A DNA stretch of 64,000 nucleotides from the human T2T-CHM13v2.0 reference genome, Homo sapiens: the NCBI RefSeq assembly GCF_009914755.1, contig NC_060947.1, one strand, 5' to 3'. Position 1 is the stretch's first letter; every line of letters starts with the position of its first letter. The notes beneath the pieces are model-generated. The model saw nothing but the letters and a program-made list of their open reading frames with translations. It was not told the DNA's origin and made no database searches. Shown here in pieces: positions 1 through 11,971 of this stretch. Made by a program: the position numbers and the translations under genes.

Positions 1-1
1 T

Positions 2-202
2 AGCAGTCCGGTGGAGTATGAGTTCTTCTGGGGGCCCCGAGCACACGTGGAATCGAGCAAACTGAAAGTCATGCATTTTGTGGCAAGGGTTCGTAACCGA
101 TGCTCTAAAGACTGGCCTTGTAATTATGACTGGGATTCGGACGATGATGCAGAGGTTGAGGCTATCCTCAATTCAGGTGCTAGGGGTTATTCCGCCCCTT
201 AA
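2..202 (+). CDS. MAGEH1: MAGE family member H1, C-terminal part (CDS begins upstream of the window)
   Basis: Frame reads [30 protein letters not shown]...GARGYSAP*. This contains the MAGE-domain end motif YEFxWGPRA and matches the MAGEH1 C-terminus as I recall it. Confidence 0.95.
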
Positions 203-712
203 GTAGATCTGAGGCAGACCCTTGGGGGTGTAAAAGAGAGTCACAGGTACCCCAAGGAGTAGATGCCAGGGTCCTAAGTTGAAAATGATGTCGATTGGGG
301 GCGGGGGACACTGTATTTGATATTTGTGATCAGTGATCATTGTTCAACTGCGAAATAGAGTGTTTGCTTTTGATAATGGAAAATTGTATTCGTTTTAAAA
401 TTCCGTTTGTTGAGAATAACAATATGTTTAAAAATATAATTGAACAAATTTTTTTCTTTGTTTCCTGTCATTGACATTTAGTATAACAGTTTTGCTAACG
501 TTCTAAAATGAAGTCGTTCCATCATAATCTATGATCTTGTACAGCACTTATAGAAATAAGCTGTTCTTTTGAAGTTGAAATACCCAGTAAAATGTTGAAG
601 AAGGATGGAGGATTTCTTCATATCTGACGTTTCTGAAACCCTTTGTGTCTGCTGTTGTGTGAAGATTGACATTTACCATGATTTTCCTTAGTTACTGCAG
701 AACATAGAGAAA

Positions 713-718
713 AATAAA
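713..718 (+). terminator. Probable MAGEH1 polyadenylation signal
   Basis: AATAAA about 510 nt after the stop codon, at the end of an AU-rich 3' UTR-like stretch. Confidence 0.7.
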
Positions 719-3700
719 AGCCTAACGAATAGTACATCTTGCGCATTTTCTGACCACCTGTTATGTGAGGCACCAGTCTAGATTCTAGGGATACTCCCTA
801 GTACACATCCTCCAGGTCCAAAGAATGTTCTAGATTATGTGGGAAAGAAAAATAGGTAAACTGGCAGTGCAGTAAATGCTGGGATAGAGAACGAGCCTGA
901 AGTGCCATGAAAATGTAAAAAACCTTATGTGACCTGTCTTGGGGAGTGGGCCGGGGAAGGGAGCACCATAGGATGTGTGAAAATTCAAGAGACACTTAAA
1001 TAAGTTTGGGGGGGACTGAAATATACGATCAGAATATATGATGAAAATATTATGTATTAGATATTTGATTGGATACTCCACCCAGCATAGGGGAGGGAGC
1101 ACTGGCAAAAAGAAGAGGACATCACAGGGTGCCTGCCACGGAAGTAGAAAATACACAAAAATCATCTTGAGAGGAGGAGGGCAGAGAGAAGGGGTGGTTG
1201 CAGGGGAAAAGGTTGTCATGGGGTACTTCAGAAATAAAAAAAGATGAGACCGTCAGAAAATCTTGGTGAGGGGACAATCTGAGGTTTGGAAATAATAGAG
1301 AAGAAGGGGAGGGAGTAAAAATGGAGGCACTGAAGGTAGCGTGGACATTTGGAAATAAACTCTTCACCGAACTGTTAAGGTTATATGAAGGGGAAAGTGG
1401 AGAACAAGGAATGAGGCAAGGGAAGAAGTGAGCGGGGCAGACCCTCAAAGGGTGGGTGTTGTGGCTGACTTTAAACTAATGACAATAAAAATGGTTAATA
1501 ATAACAACCCTGAAATAATTCGAGAAAAGGCTATAAAAAAGCAGAACTTCTGAGATACTGGATGAGCCAGAGAAAAGGCTCCACCTGTGGCATCTCCGAA
1601 AGGTAACCTTGCACTTCTCTCAGGAACTATGGTTCGTTAGGGTGCACACATTGTTTAAAAGTGTGTGTGTCCAAGGGGGCAAAGGGGCAATGGAGTAAGT
1701 CCGGATTGGTACCTGGCACGATGGCCCATGCTATACTAAGTCATGTGGGATCAGGCGCAAATCCTACCACCTTTTCTCCAAGAGCTAAGCACTGCATGAA
1801 CTAGGTCCCCTGCTGGGGAGCACTAGTGACAAGTGCCCAACCTAGCCCTGTGGGGCTCATGGTAGCAGCTATAACACACAAAAGAGTGGTCAGGCTACCT
1901 TCTTCCTTCTTGACATCCAGGCTCACGCTGCTTCCAGCTGTGTGCAAAGTAACGTCACTAGGTGCAGGGTAGGCTAGCAAATGACCTTCTGGAGAAGGCC
2001 CAGGGACCCACTCTCCTCAGCTTGCAGGCCAAGGAGGCTTCAAACAAAAGTAGTAACTATGACCCCATCAGCAGCTCCAAATTCATTCAGCAAGCCAGAA
2101 AATGGTGAGCGCCTTCTGGGATTCAGACAGTGTGTTAGAAACTGGAGCTGCAGAAAATCAAAAGGCCTGTTCTTTGCCCTGGGAGGAGCTGTATTTATCA
2201 ATACCACCTCCAGAGGTAAACAAGGTGGGAATCTGAGGTCCAGGTTCCTCGGTGACTTTCTCTTCTAGAGCCACAGAAGTGGCAAGAGAGAGATCCTAGA
2301 CAAGACCCTATGTCCATTCCCTGCAAACCCACAGTGCTTTCCTCTAGGCCACCCTGCTGCCGGTCTCTGCCTGCTAGTGCACTCTCAAGGTCTCTGTCCT
2401 CAAAAGAAACACCACGTGAAGGCAGGGGAAGAGGTGTGAGTAACCCTGGCCGCGGCATCCAATCCTTCTGGGGACCAGGCCGGATTACATTCCTCCCCCG
2501 ACCCGCCCTTTTACCCAAGGGGGCTTACAGCAGTCAGTCAGCCCCAGGTCAGTCAGCTAGTAAGTGGGAGAGCTGCAGAGTAAAAAGATTTGTTGAGCAC
2601 CTGCCTGTCCCAGAGGCATGCCACATATTATCTCTGCCAGGCCGGTGTGATTACTGCCCATTTAACAGGATGCTCCTCCGGCTAGCTCAGGGGAAGAGGT
2701 AATGTCTTCCCCAACCCTGTCTGAATCCATGCTTTCTTCGGCTCTGGTGGCAAGTTATCATCCAATGGTCTAAAATGGTTCTTTGCAAGTACGGGCCAAG
2801 AAGCTTAATTCAGTCAGAGAACCAGCAGTATAAGAGGAGAAAGACTGGGAGAATACCTCCAGCTGCCCTGTCAGAGAGATGACTGCTGGAATCCTGAAGG
2901 CCTCAGGCAGGAGGCTCTGCAGGGGATTGGGAAACAAGGGATTGGGTGACAGGTGACCTGCCCTAGCGCAAGAAGGAAGCGATCAATGGGCCAGGCTTAT
3001 TCTCTTGTGGCCTGGGGGTTCAGTCTCCCTAACACACTACAGGAGTACTGCAAAGAGTTAAACTTCCTTTGATTAGATAAAGGCTGAAGAAGGGCGGGAC
3101 TTCCGGTGGCTGTGAAATGAAAGACAGGGGTGAGGGAGAGGCAGGGAAAGGGGCTTCTGGAAGGTGGAGAGAAAAAGAAAACATTCACCGTGCCATTTAC
3201 AAAAATTCTTTGAGCTTTGCGGGGCATCCAGATGAGACATCCAGGTGCAAGCCTCTTGCTGAGTAAATCTGAAACCTAAACTGGCCCCACCCCAGCGGAG
3301 GTTCCACAAAGCAAGTGGGAAAGCTGCAGTTTTAGGTGCAAGGATGCCTCTGAAAAGCGATTGAGTTTCTGGGTCCTAGAACACTCCAGTTGTTAGGATA
3401 ACTCAAGGATAGAGAGCCCCAAGCTGCCCAAAGCCTAGCAAACTTGGCAGCTGGCATTTACCGAGTGCCTAAATTGTTCCAGGCACTTTGATTGCTGTTT
3501 TCATGCATTGTCTCTAACTTTGCAGTAGTCCTGCAAGGGAGATGCCACCAGGCCAGGCCGAGTTTACAGAGGAGAAAACCCCAACTCAGATCTCACAAGC
3601 AAGTTGCCAGGATCAGCTGGCTGGTCACTGGCAGCCTTGCAGGTGGACCCAGGGCCTGCCAAGTCTGAAGCCCATGCTGCTATGCTACAGGGAAAGACTC

Positions 3701-4914
3701 CATCTCCAGGACAGCTGGGGCTGGGAAAGTCTTCTGTTTTCAAACTTGGACACATGGCAGGGTAGGAGTGACAGGGAACATGCCGGGGTCAGGTGAGGAG
3801 GTGTGGGAAAATAAAATTAATCTGCACTTTCAGGATTAGCTGTGGCAGTCTGTCCCTTTATTTGGAAGGGCTGGGGCCCTATTGCCAGGCATCTTTGAGG
3901 GATCATATGTGTGGAGTGAGCATTTCCTTCCAAGACAAGTGGACTTCCCCATCACGACACATTCCCCAGAAACTTAACTACCCAGCACCCTCCATCAGTC
4001 CTCAAAATCCTAGGTCCTGGCTTTCCCACGGTGGACCAAGCAAACAACAATGTTTCTGAGCCTGTGACATTGCTCCGATACTGTTGCCAATGCAGAAGAT
4101 ACTGGCAGACCTCTTCCCTTGAGCAGAGCAACCGGGATAAGATGCTGACAGACAGCAAACAGTGGGCATCTGCCCATGAAAAAAAGACAGGTTCCAGGGC
4201 ATCCTCCTTGGGCCCAGTGTTGCGGCCTTGGCCCCAGCAGGCAAGTGCAGAGCAGACAATGGCCATGACCAAAGGGAGATTTGGATTCGGCCTGGGCTCA
4301 CGTTGGCTCCTGTGAGGTGGGTAGCGGGCAGGATCCCCCCGACTCTTTTCTTTGGCAGAAAGGTAGAATTCTGGCCTTCTGGAGGAAATTATTTTGGAGT
4401 CGTGGTGGAGGTGGAGAAGGGTGATTCTTACGAAGATGTGCTGAGACCTGTACACAGATTCCTCCAGGGCTCGTGAGCCATGGAACAGTTAAATGTCAAA
4501 GAGCAGATGGAATTTCTTTGAAAATCCCTGTGAGGGCACTTTGTCAAAGGAGGGGCTCAGCTCAGCCAAGACTACATAGAAGAATAACTGGAGTAATCTG
4601 GGGCTCAGAGACTGGAGGAGAAGTGGACTCTAGGCTTGCACTGCTCATCATGCAACAGGCTTGCAAAGCTCACAAGGGTGATTTGGAGGGGAAGGCAGAG
4701 TCTATACACAGATAGTGAAAATCAGGCCCAGTTCTTGACTGGTCGACTTCCGCCCCAGTTCCTGTGGCAAATGACACCAGTGTTGCCAATGTTATCTCCA
4801 GATGTGCAACGCATGAGAAGTGGTTGAGATTCCTCCTGTAACTTGGACCACGGAGGCCTGTGTAGTCTCAATAATAATGTAGCCTATATTATTTTGCATG
4901 TTGTGATTATCCAA

Positions 4915-6530
4915 TGATTCATCCATTCACTCTTTCAACGAGTGCTTATTAAGGTCTACTACGTGCCAGTCTAGTCAACTGGGATTCATAGGTGAACAAA
5001 TCTCAAGCACCCTGGCCCTCGTGAATGGTACATACAAGAGCAAGGAAACAGAAAATAAAATGCAAACCTTTTACATTACTAATTATATAGAAGGGTAGAA
5101 GGAGACAATCACTTTGGGTGGGGCAGGTGGTGGTGGTGGTGGTGGTAAGCTAACACACAGCAGGGTAGGGTGCATTCGGGTCGTTGAGAATGGGAGAAGA
5201 GAAAGGGAGTAGAGCATTCACTGCCATATGCAAGGGTACACAGGTAGGCTTCATTGGAGGGGTGACATTGGAGGAAAGAAATGAAGAAGGTGAGAGGGTT
5301 TGCCTTGCGGATATATAAAGAAAGTACTGTCCGGGCAGAAGGTCCAGCTGGTGCAAACGCTCTAAGGCCAGGGAGTGACTACCACGTTTGAGAAATGGCA
5401 GAGAGGCCAGCGTGGTTGCTGTAGAGTGAGCCAAAAGGACGAGAGCAGGAGATGAGGTCAGAGAGATTAACAGAATCCCACATTATGTAGGGCCTGGGAG
5501 GCCGTTTTAAGGACCTTAGCTCTTGCTTGGGGTGAAATGTGGGGGGAAGAAGGAGGGAAGCAGTGAGGGGTGGAACAGAGGAGTCATGTGATCTGACACA
5601 CGTTTGGAAGGGATCACTTTGATTACTTACTATGCCGAGAATAGAGTGAATTCAGGCGAGGGTAGTGGGAGCGTGGAAACCAGGTAGGAAGCTACTGCTG
5701 CAAGCCAGGCTAGAGATAATGGTGGTTTGGACCATCCTGGTGTCTGTAGACATGGTGAGAACTGCACAGGTTCTGGAAACATTTTGAGGTAGACCCAACA
5801 GAATTCCTGATGGTTTGAATGTGGCATGTCAGCGAGGACCAAGGCTGACTCCAGGGTTTTTTTTTGCCTGAGCAACAAGTAGACTGGGATTGGTATCAAT
5901 TCCAGTCTACTGGGGAGTGCTGCAGTGAGAATAGGCTTTGTAGGTGGGGAGGGGTTCAAAAATTCAGTTTTGTACACATTGAGTTAAGCTGTCTCTCTGA
6001 CATCCATGTGAGTCAAGTAGGCAGTTGTATATACAAGTCAGGAATTTGGCTGAAAGATCTATACCTACATATATGTGGATGGCGCTTAAAAGCCACGAGA
6101 CTACATGAGCTCCGCTAGGGAGGGAGAGCACACAGAGGAGGGCAGAAGGTCACGAACAGAGCCCTGCAGCATAAAGGGATCAGAAAGAAGAGGAGACACC
6201 AGCTGAGGAGATGGGGAAATTGGCACCAGTGACGCATGGAGGAAAACCAAGAGTGTCCTGGGAACTATGTGAATAAAAGTGTCTCAAGAGGCATCCAGCG
6301 GTCCACTCTGCTCAAACTGCTGATGTCAGGGGAAATAAGAAGAGGAGTGAGAATTAACCATTGCATTTAGCAGTGCGGAGGTTCCTGGTGACCTTAATAA
6401 GAGCAGCTTCTTTGGGGGACTGTGTGAAAAAGCCTGCTTGGGACAGCTTTAAGAGAGAATGGGAGGAGAGGAATCAATGAGTATGGACAAGTTTCACAAG
6501 GAGTTTTGCAGCAATGGGGAGCAGAGAAAT
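4915..6530 (-). mobile_element. LINE-2 fragment (mirror ~61003-62618, +)
   Basis: Reverse L2 3' end (ttcactctttcaacgagtgcttattaaggtctactacgtgccag) followed by a purine-rich L2-like body. Ends approximate. Confidence 0.7.
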
Positions 6531-7484
6531 CAGGCGGCATCTGGTGGGGAAAGAGGGAGTCAGGAAAAGGTTTACTTCAGGTGGAAGAAATACCATTGTG
6601 CTGAAGGCAAGCACCCGGTGGAGAGACATGAAATCAATAGCACAGGGGTGGCAGAGAGCATCCTTGGAGCAGCAGCTTTGAGTAGGCAGGAGGGCGCCGG
6701 GAACTTGTATCAAGGGGAGAGCTGGAGCATGCAGGAGGAGTTGCAAAATAGGGAGCTACTGGAGTGGGTAGATGTCAGCTAGGCATTCTGGCCCTCCTGA
6801 ACTCTTCTAGCTGAGGTTAGGCACCTGCCTATTTGTTGATTCTGCATGTCTGTTGAGTATCTACTATGCATGAGGCACACTTGTGGGCACTTTACTAACA
6901 TTTAACACTCCAAACAACCCGTTAGGTGGGTTGTGTCATAATACCATGCTACCTGTGAGAGGTCTGCCGCTCAAGGAGGTCAGCTGGACTGGCCAAGTTC
7001 ACTTAGCAAACAATTGGAAGAGTAAAGCTTTGAGAGACAGCCTGCCTCTCCAGGTAGGCTTATAAAGCTCACATCTGCTGGCAAGTCAGAGTGTGGGATT
7101 ACTCTTGCATCCTCTTACACTGGTAACAAGCCTGCCCACTGAACCACAGAAGCTTCTGATGACCACACGGAAGCCACAGTCTCTATGTCTGGGCACCTGC
7201 CTCAGTTTCCTGTGTGCCACTGCTACTTCAGTGTGCATGAGCTCGATTCTGAGTCTGAGGCTGAGTGGCAGGGCCTCTCTGTGACCTTGTCTTGCTTAAA
7301 ACAGACCTCTCCTCTGAAGGCTGGCTCAGCTCCAAGTGGAACAGACACTCCAGAACTACAGAACTGCCCTTCCACTGACTTTTTAAACACCCTTACTACC
7401 CGAAGGCCTGCTTTCTCACCAAGTCAGAGAAGTAAGGGCCACTGAGCCCACTGAGCCTTGTGGACGATTATCATCTAGATTGAT

Positions 7485-7486
<2 letters not shown>

Positions 7487-7526
<40 letters not shown>

Positions 7527-7688
7527 CACATGAATGTGCATGTGATCTGTTCTCATTAGACCTCTCTCTCTCTGTGTGTGTGTGTATGTGTGTGTGTTTG
7601 TCTGTGTGTGTGTGTGTGTTTGTGTGTGTGTGTGAGAGAGAGAGAAAGAGAGAGAGAGAGACAGAGAGAGAGAGAGAGGGAGAGAGAC
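7487..7688. repeat. (CA)n tract and compound (CT)/(TG)/(GA) microsatellite (mirror ~59845-60046)
   Basis: Directly visible dinucleotide tracts. Confidence 0.95.
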
Positions 7689-10600
7689 CCTACTTCATTC
7701 TGTCCTCTTCCTGCTTTTGGCCAAACTTGCTAAGGAATGATCCTATCAAATGAGACCCCCAAAGAAATAAGCTTTATGGTGTGTGGAGCCCCTTCTGCAG
7801 GGTAAGCCTGGGTCCAGATATGGCTTTTGCAGGGTTGGGTCTCAGGGTACAGGGTCCAGGCCCATCCTGGGAAAGGAATAAACATTTTGCTGTTCTGAGC
7901 CAGTGAGAATGAGGCCAGAGACCACGAGAAGAAAGGAACAGAGAAGAGAATGGCCACTGGGGCCATCCAAGTCTTAAATTGGGAGGGCAGATTATTTTAT
8001 AAATGAGCTTCTCTAAGGCACACACACCTATCTTCTGCCCACTCCAATAGCCCTGATGACCCAGAAACAGCAATCAAGGACTTTGCGTACCCACCTCCCT
8101 CCAGATGGACATTTAGTATCTTTTGACTCTGTTTTCTCTTCATACACTGCTTTAGATAACATGCTTGAATGTGTCTCCCTCTTTTCAGAGACGAGCTCCA
8201 CCAAGATGCTTCAGAGCCCTGATGCAGTGACTTCCATAAAGGCTGCTGAACTGCTCTGAAGGCATCACTGGCCCACATGATGTGGGGAAGTGAAAAGCCC
8301 CACCACGGTTGGATTATCTGCACTTTGGAAATCCTGGTAAGTAGCCATTGATGTAAACTATGCATGTTGTGGGGAAGTATGCTGGTCCTGAAGCCAGAGT
8401 GTCTACTTGATCAATAGCTTGGGGACCTGGTCAAAGTTATCTCCCTTGGGCCACCTTCCGTTTACATCTCCAAATACATGAATAATGACTCCTGCTTTAT
8501 ATACATGCTGCAGAAAATACATCAGCTGAACTTCACGAAGCTCCAAACTGTTGCTTCTTGAGCTCTCTGTTATAAAGGAGAAGCATTTAATTTTTTTGTA
8601 CATCAGTCACTCATGGATCAATACATTCCTGTAACACAAGGAAAGTGAACGAACGACTAGAAAGAAGAAAAATATAGCAAAGACATACAAAATACAAGCC
8701 CTGATTATTTCAACATCCAAATGACTCTCACTGCATGCTATAAAACTTCCTAAACATATATTCTTACGCTATAAAACTTCCTAAACTTATACTCTCAAAT
8801 GCTGTACTTACCGCAGAGAGGTAACAAACTTTTGCGAAGCGGCAAGAGTCCATGGACTGCTTTCGTCAGTGATGCTCTGGCTCAGCAGCACCTGACCCAT
8901 CACATTCATTGACTCGGTGGTTACTGTTGCAAGGGAGTTATTACAAAATATGGTTCTTATCATGAAGGAGCTTCAACAACAAGAAATTGCAACTAAAGAG
9001 TAGAAGAAATGCAAAAGGTTCAACTGCTGCCTGTCATGAGAGCTGTGAGCCCCTGAAGCAGCACAGGAGTTCAAAAAGCATATATCACAGTGTGCATGAC
9101 TTCCGTTGGGCCTTGACGATCAAGAAAGGATGGAACTTATTTTGTAGTGTTTTGTATTCTGTGATTGCAGGAAAGGAGCTTGATCATTGCACACATTTCT
9201 GCAAGCCCTAGAAGAATAAGGTGGCTGGAAAATATTAAGCCTAATCCCAAGAATCAGAGTTTACCTGTGCTAACATTTATATGTACACCTTCAATGCATA
9301 GTCAGGAATATTATAATAATGATAATTATTATAATAACTATATATACATATATATACTTCTCTACACACCATATGTTTGCAAATATTTATACCAGTTTTC
9401 TGTACGCTGATGCAAACAATTACCTTGACTCAGAGCTCACACTACTGTGAGTTTGACTCAGAGCTCACACTGTTGACATCAACACGACGTTGATGAGATT
9501 CCCACAGTAGTTGTGTCTGGGAGTGCCCAAAGGGCGATACAAGTCACTAACAAGGGCAATCTGCACACTACAGGCAGCCCCCTGAGAGAGCCTCACTGTA
9601 GCCTCCACCCTTGTGATGTTGACATTACCCCTGATCAGCTCACAAAGCTGCCAGGACCCAGGTGCCCGAGCTGAGCTGCATTCTGCGTGGAGGTACATGG
9701 AATGGCCCCGTCCTCACCCCGTATCCAATCATGGACTCTGAAGCCGCTCTGCCAAACCCACACTGTCCCTCTCAGGAAGGCAAGCTCCTCACCACCTTCC
9801 TTCCAATCAAGTTCATCTGCAAACAAATCACCGTGTACAACACAGGTTTGCAGGCAGTATGGCTGAAGATTCACACATATTACTTAAATTCACATAGGAA
9901 GCATGTCAAATTGGCCCCATTTTACAGGTTACAAAACCAAAGTTCAAGGAGGTTTCTGATAAGAGATGGAATCTCAGTCCACTGACCTGGTAGCTTCCAA
10001 CATCACGTATATGCACAGTTTAGTTTCTCTCTCTCTCTCTCTCTCTGTTTCCTTCTCTGTGTCTTGTCCCCCACTACACACACAGACTACTGAAAGAATC
10101 TTGGAAGGGGGCAACATGGTCCCCAGCCCTGAGGAGCAGTTACAGTGAGTGGGCGGCACCCACAACCTCCCGTGAGTCTTGGGCACAGAAGAACTCAGTC
10201 CTTGACCCCAGCCCGAATAGCTCCAAAGTCCAGAGTCATGGCCCCTGCTTCTCAGCTCTTTCTTTTCACTGCTCCCTCTTCCTGCAGTGAGGCCTCCCTG
10301 CCCCCTGACATGGCTATCTTAGAATGTAGCTGCAGGAGGAAAGCAGATGTATCTGTTGTTCTGCTCAACCAGTGGTCTCAGGAATCCCAGCTCAAGAGAA
10401 GACAAAACGCTCATGTGCAAGGCGGATGAAGGAACACAAACAACCTACATACCATAACAGGGAATAGAAGATTAGCATGCAAGGCAGTGGCCACATATCT
10501 GGGAGCAAGGAGAGAAATGAGGAGGGAGGCCAAGGGAATCCTGCCCTGTGATCCAGTGCTGCCCTCACACAAAGTTTTCCTCAGGACTCACAACGAGTCT

Positions 10601-11930
10601 CCCAGCAACCCCTTCCTCCTTCCAGCTCTGGAAAATAAGACTGCTTGCCCTAGCAAACCTCAGTCCATGGCATGCCAAGCTTTCATATGAGGCTTGGAAC
10701 CTGTAATTCACAAATACGTAGACTGAAAACTCCTGAAGAATGTCAACACCAGACTCTGGCCATCCACAGGACTCAACCCAGGACTCTGCTGAAGCAGAGG
10801 AGAAATGGCCTCTCCCTCTCATCATCATGTGGTTAACAACCCCAAAGCCCTCTGCCCTTTCTCAGTAGACTCCGACAGGGCAGGGTACAGAATTTTGGAG
10901 GTTGGGAGGAGGACGCCCACATGGACCTTGTGGTCCAAGGGCCAGGAAAACCATAGTGCCCAGCATTCCCCAGACAGGCTCCTAATCAGAACACTTGTGT
11001 CTCTCCAGTCCTGGCAAGCAATGTGTGGATGTGTGATGAGGTTGTGTGAGACTAAGTCTAGGAGGTAGATTTTGAAAAGTGCCTCTGAATGATCAGTGTC
11101 AAGAAAATTGTCAGAAGTGGGCATGCCAGGAGAGTGGAAGGTGCTGGGCTTAGAGCAGGACCCAATTAGACCTTTATGCTAGGGTTTCCCTCACAGCAGC
11201 CCCACCGTCTGTTCCCATCAGCATTCGTGTTTTCACATGTATGCTGAAAATAGTCCGATGAGTGCAAGTGGCAGCAAAGTGGAGATGGGCAAGCAAGGGG
11301 GGAACTAGAGAAATGCACTGTATTTACCCTGCAAAGAACCTGTGGGCAGCAGTAGCCTTCCCCTTCTTCCGTACCCTACTGCGTACTGCACCCTACTGTT
11401 GCAGTAAGGAATCACCACCCACAAGCCATGTTCATGGCCTTTGGACACCACCAGTGGGAGCAGTCTCAGGGGCTGCCATGTCCCTGACCTAAATCAGAGA
11501 AGCAAGTTTGGACTGGTTGTGGCATGCTGCTTCTCCATATCAGCCCCTTATTCCCACCCCAGCCCTGGCAGACTATAGAGGGTGCTCAACTCGAAATGAG
11601 GATAGGGATAGAAAATGAGTATCTTTTCCTTTCCCATGTCATCAAGAGTGTGGACCTTGCTGCCAGGGAGATCTGTGCACAGTGAGCATAAGTAAGCCTT
11701 GGGCATATCAGACACTGTGGTGCTTGAGAAGGGAGGACCTGGCCCATTCATCCTGCGAGTGGTGGATTTAACCAGCAGGCCAGCACATAATGGTACTAAT
11801 CCCCGGGCTGTGGAAGCACCATAGATTGCACTGAGGCAATTGTTCTTCATTCTTTGAAAAACTCTCCTTCTGTGACCAAAACAGGCACAGGACCATGCGG
11901 TGTGTGCCCGCGCACACACACACTCTTTTT

Positions 11931-11933
<3 letters not shown>

Positions 11934-11967
<34 letters not shown>
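11934..11967. repeat. (TC)17 microsatellite; its mirror at 55562-55599 is (GA)19
   Basis: Counted directly. It accounts for the 4-bp shift in mirror offset between the arms. Confidence 0.9.

Positions 11968-11971
<4 letters not shown>

Larger units (their letters stand above)
1713..10498 (-). pseudogene. Putative decayed multi-MAM-domain gene (unprocessed pseudogene), left copy
   Basis: Same-strand segments at 10453-10498, 9424-9816, 8812-8992, 8028-8566, ~7113-7353, ~3900-4800, ~3000-3320 and 1713-2147. Several are bounded by pyrimidine-rich AG and GT sites. Across frameshifts they translate to MAM-like motifs (GQCGF..DWIRG..GHSMYLHA, AIDQV..GP, FMEVTAS, FRGEV..ERPC, NTGPKED, PCLSFH, YY..FEAS). 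Recognised by eye only. Confidence 0.5.

Noticed and set aside
3952-4455. 167-aa ORF (and mirror 63078-63581) as an intact gene
   Set aside because: It starts at GTG, lacks complete domain structure, and is better explained as a chance-open part of the decayed gene.
9465-9698. HNYCGNL read as a kringle motif (HNYCRNPD), or the upstream part as an SRCR domain, suggesting a neurotrypsin-like remnant
   Set aside because: The other kringle and SRCR cysteines and tryptophans are missing, no protease remnant is visible, and neighbouring segments fit MAM better.
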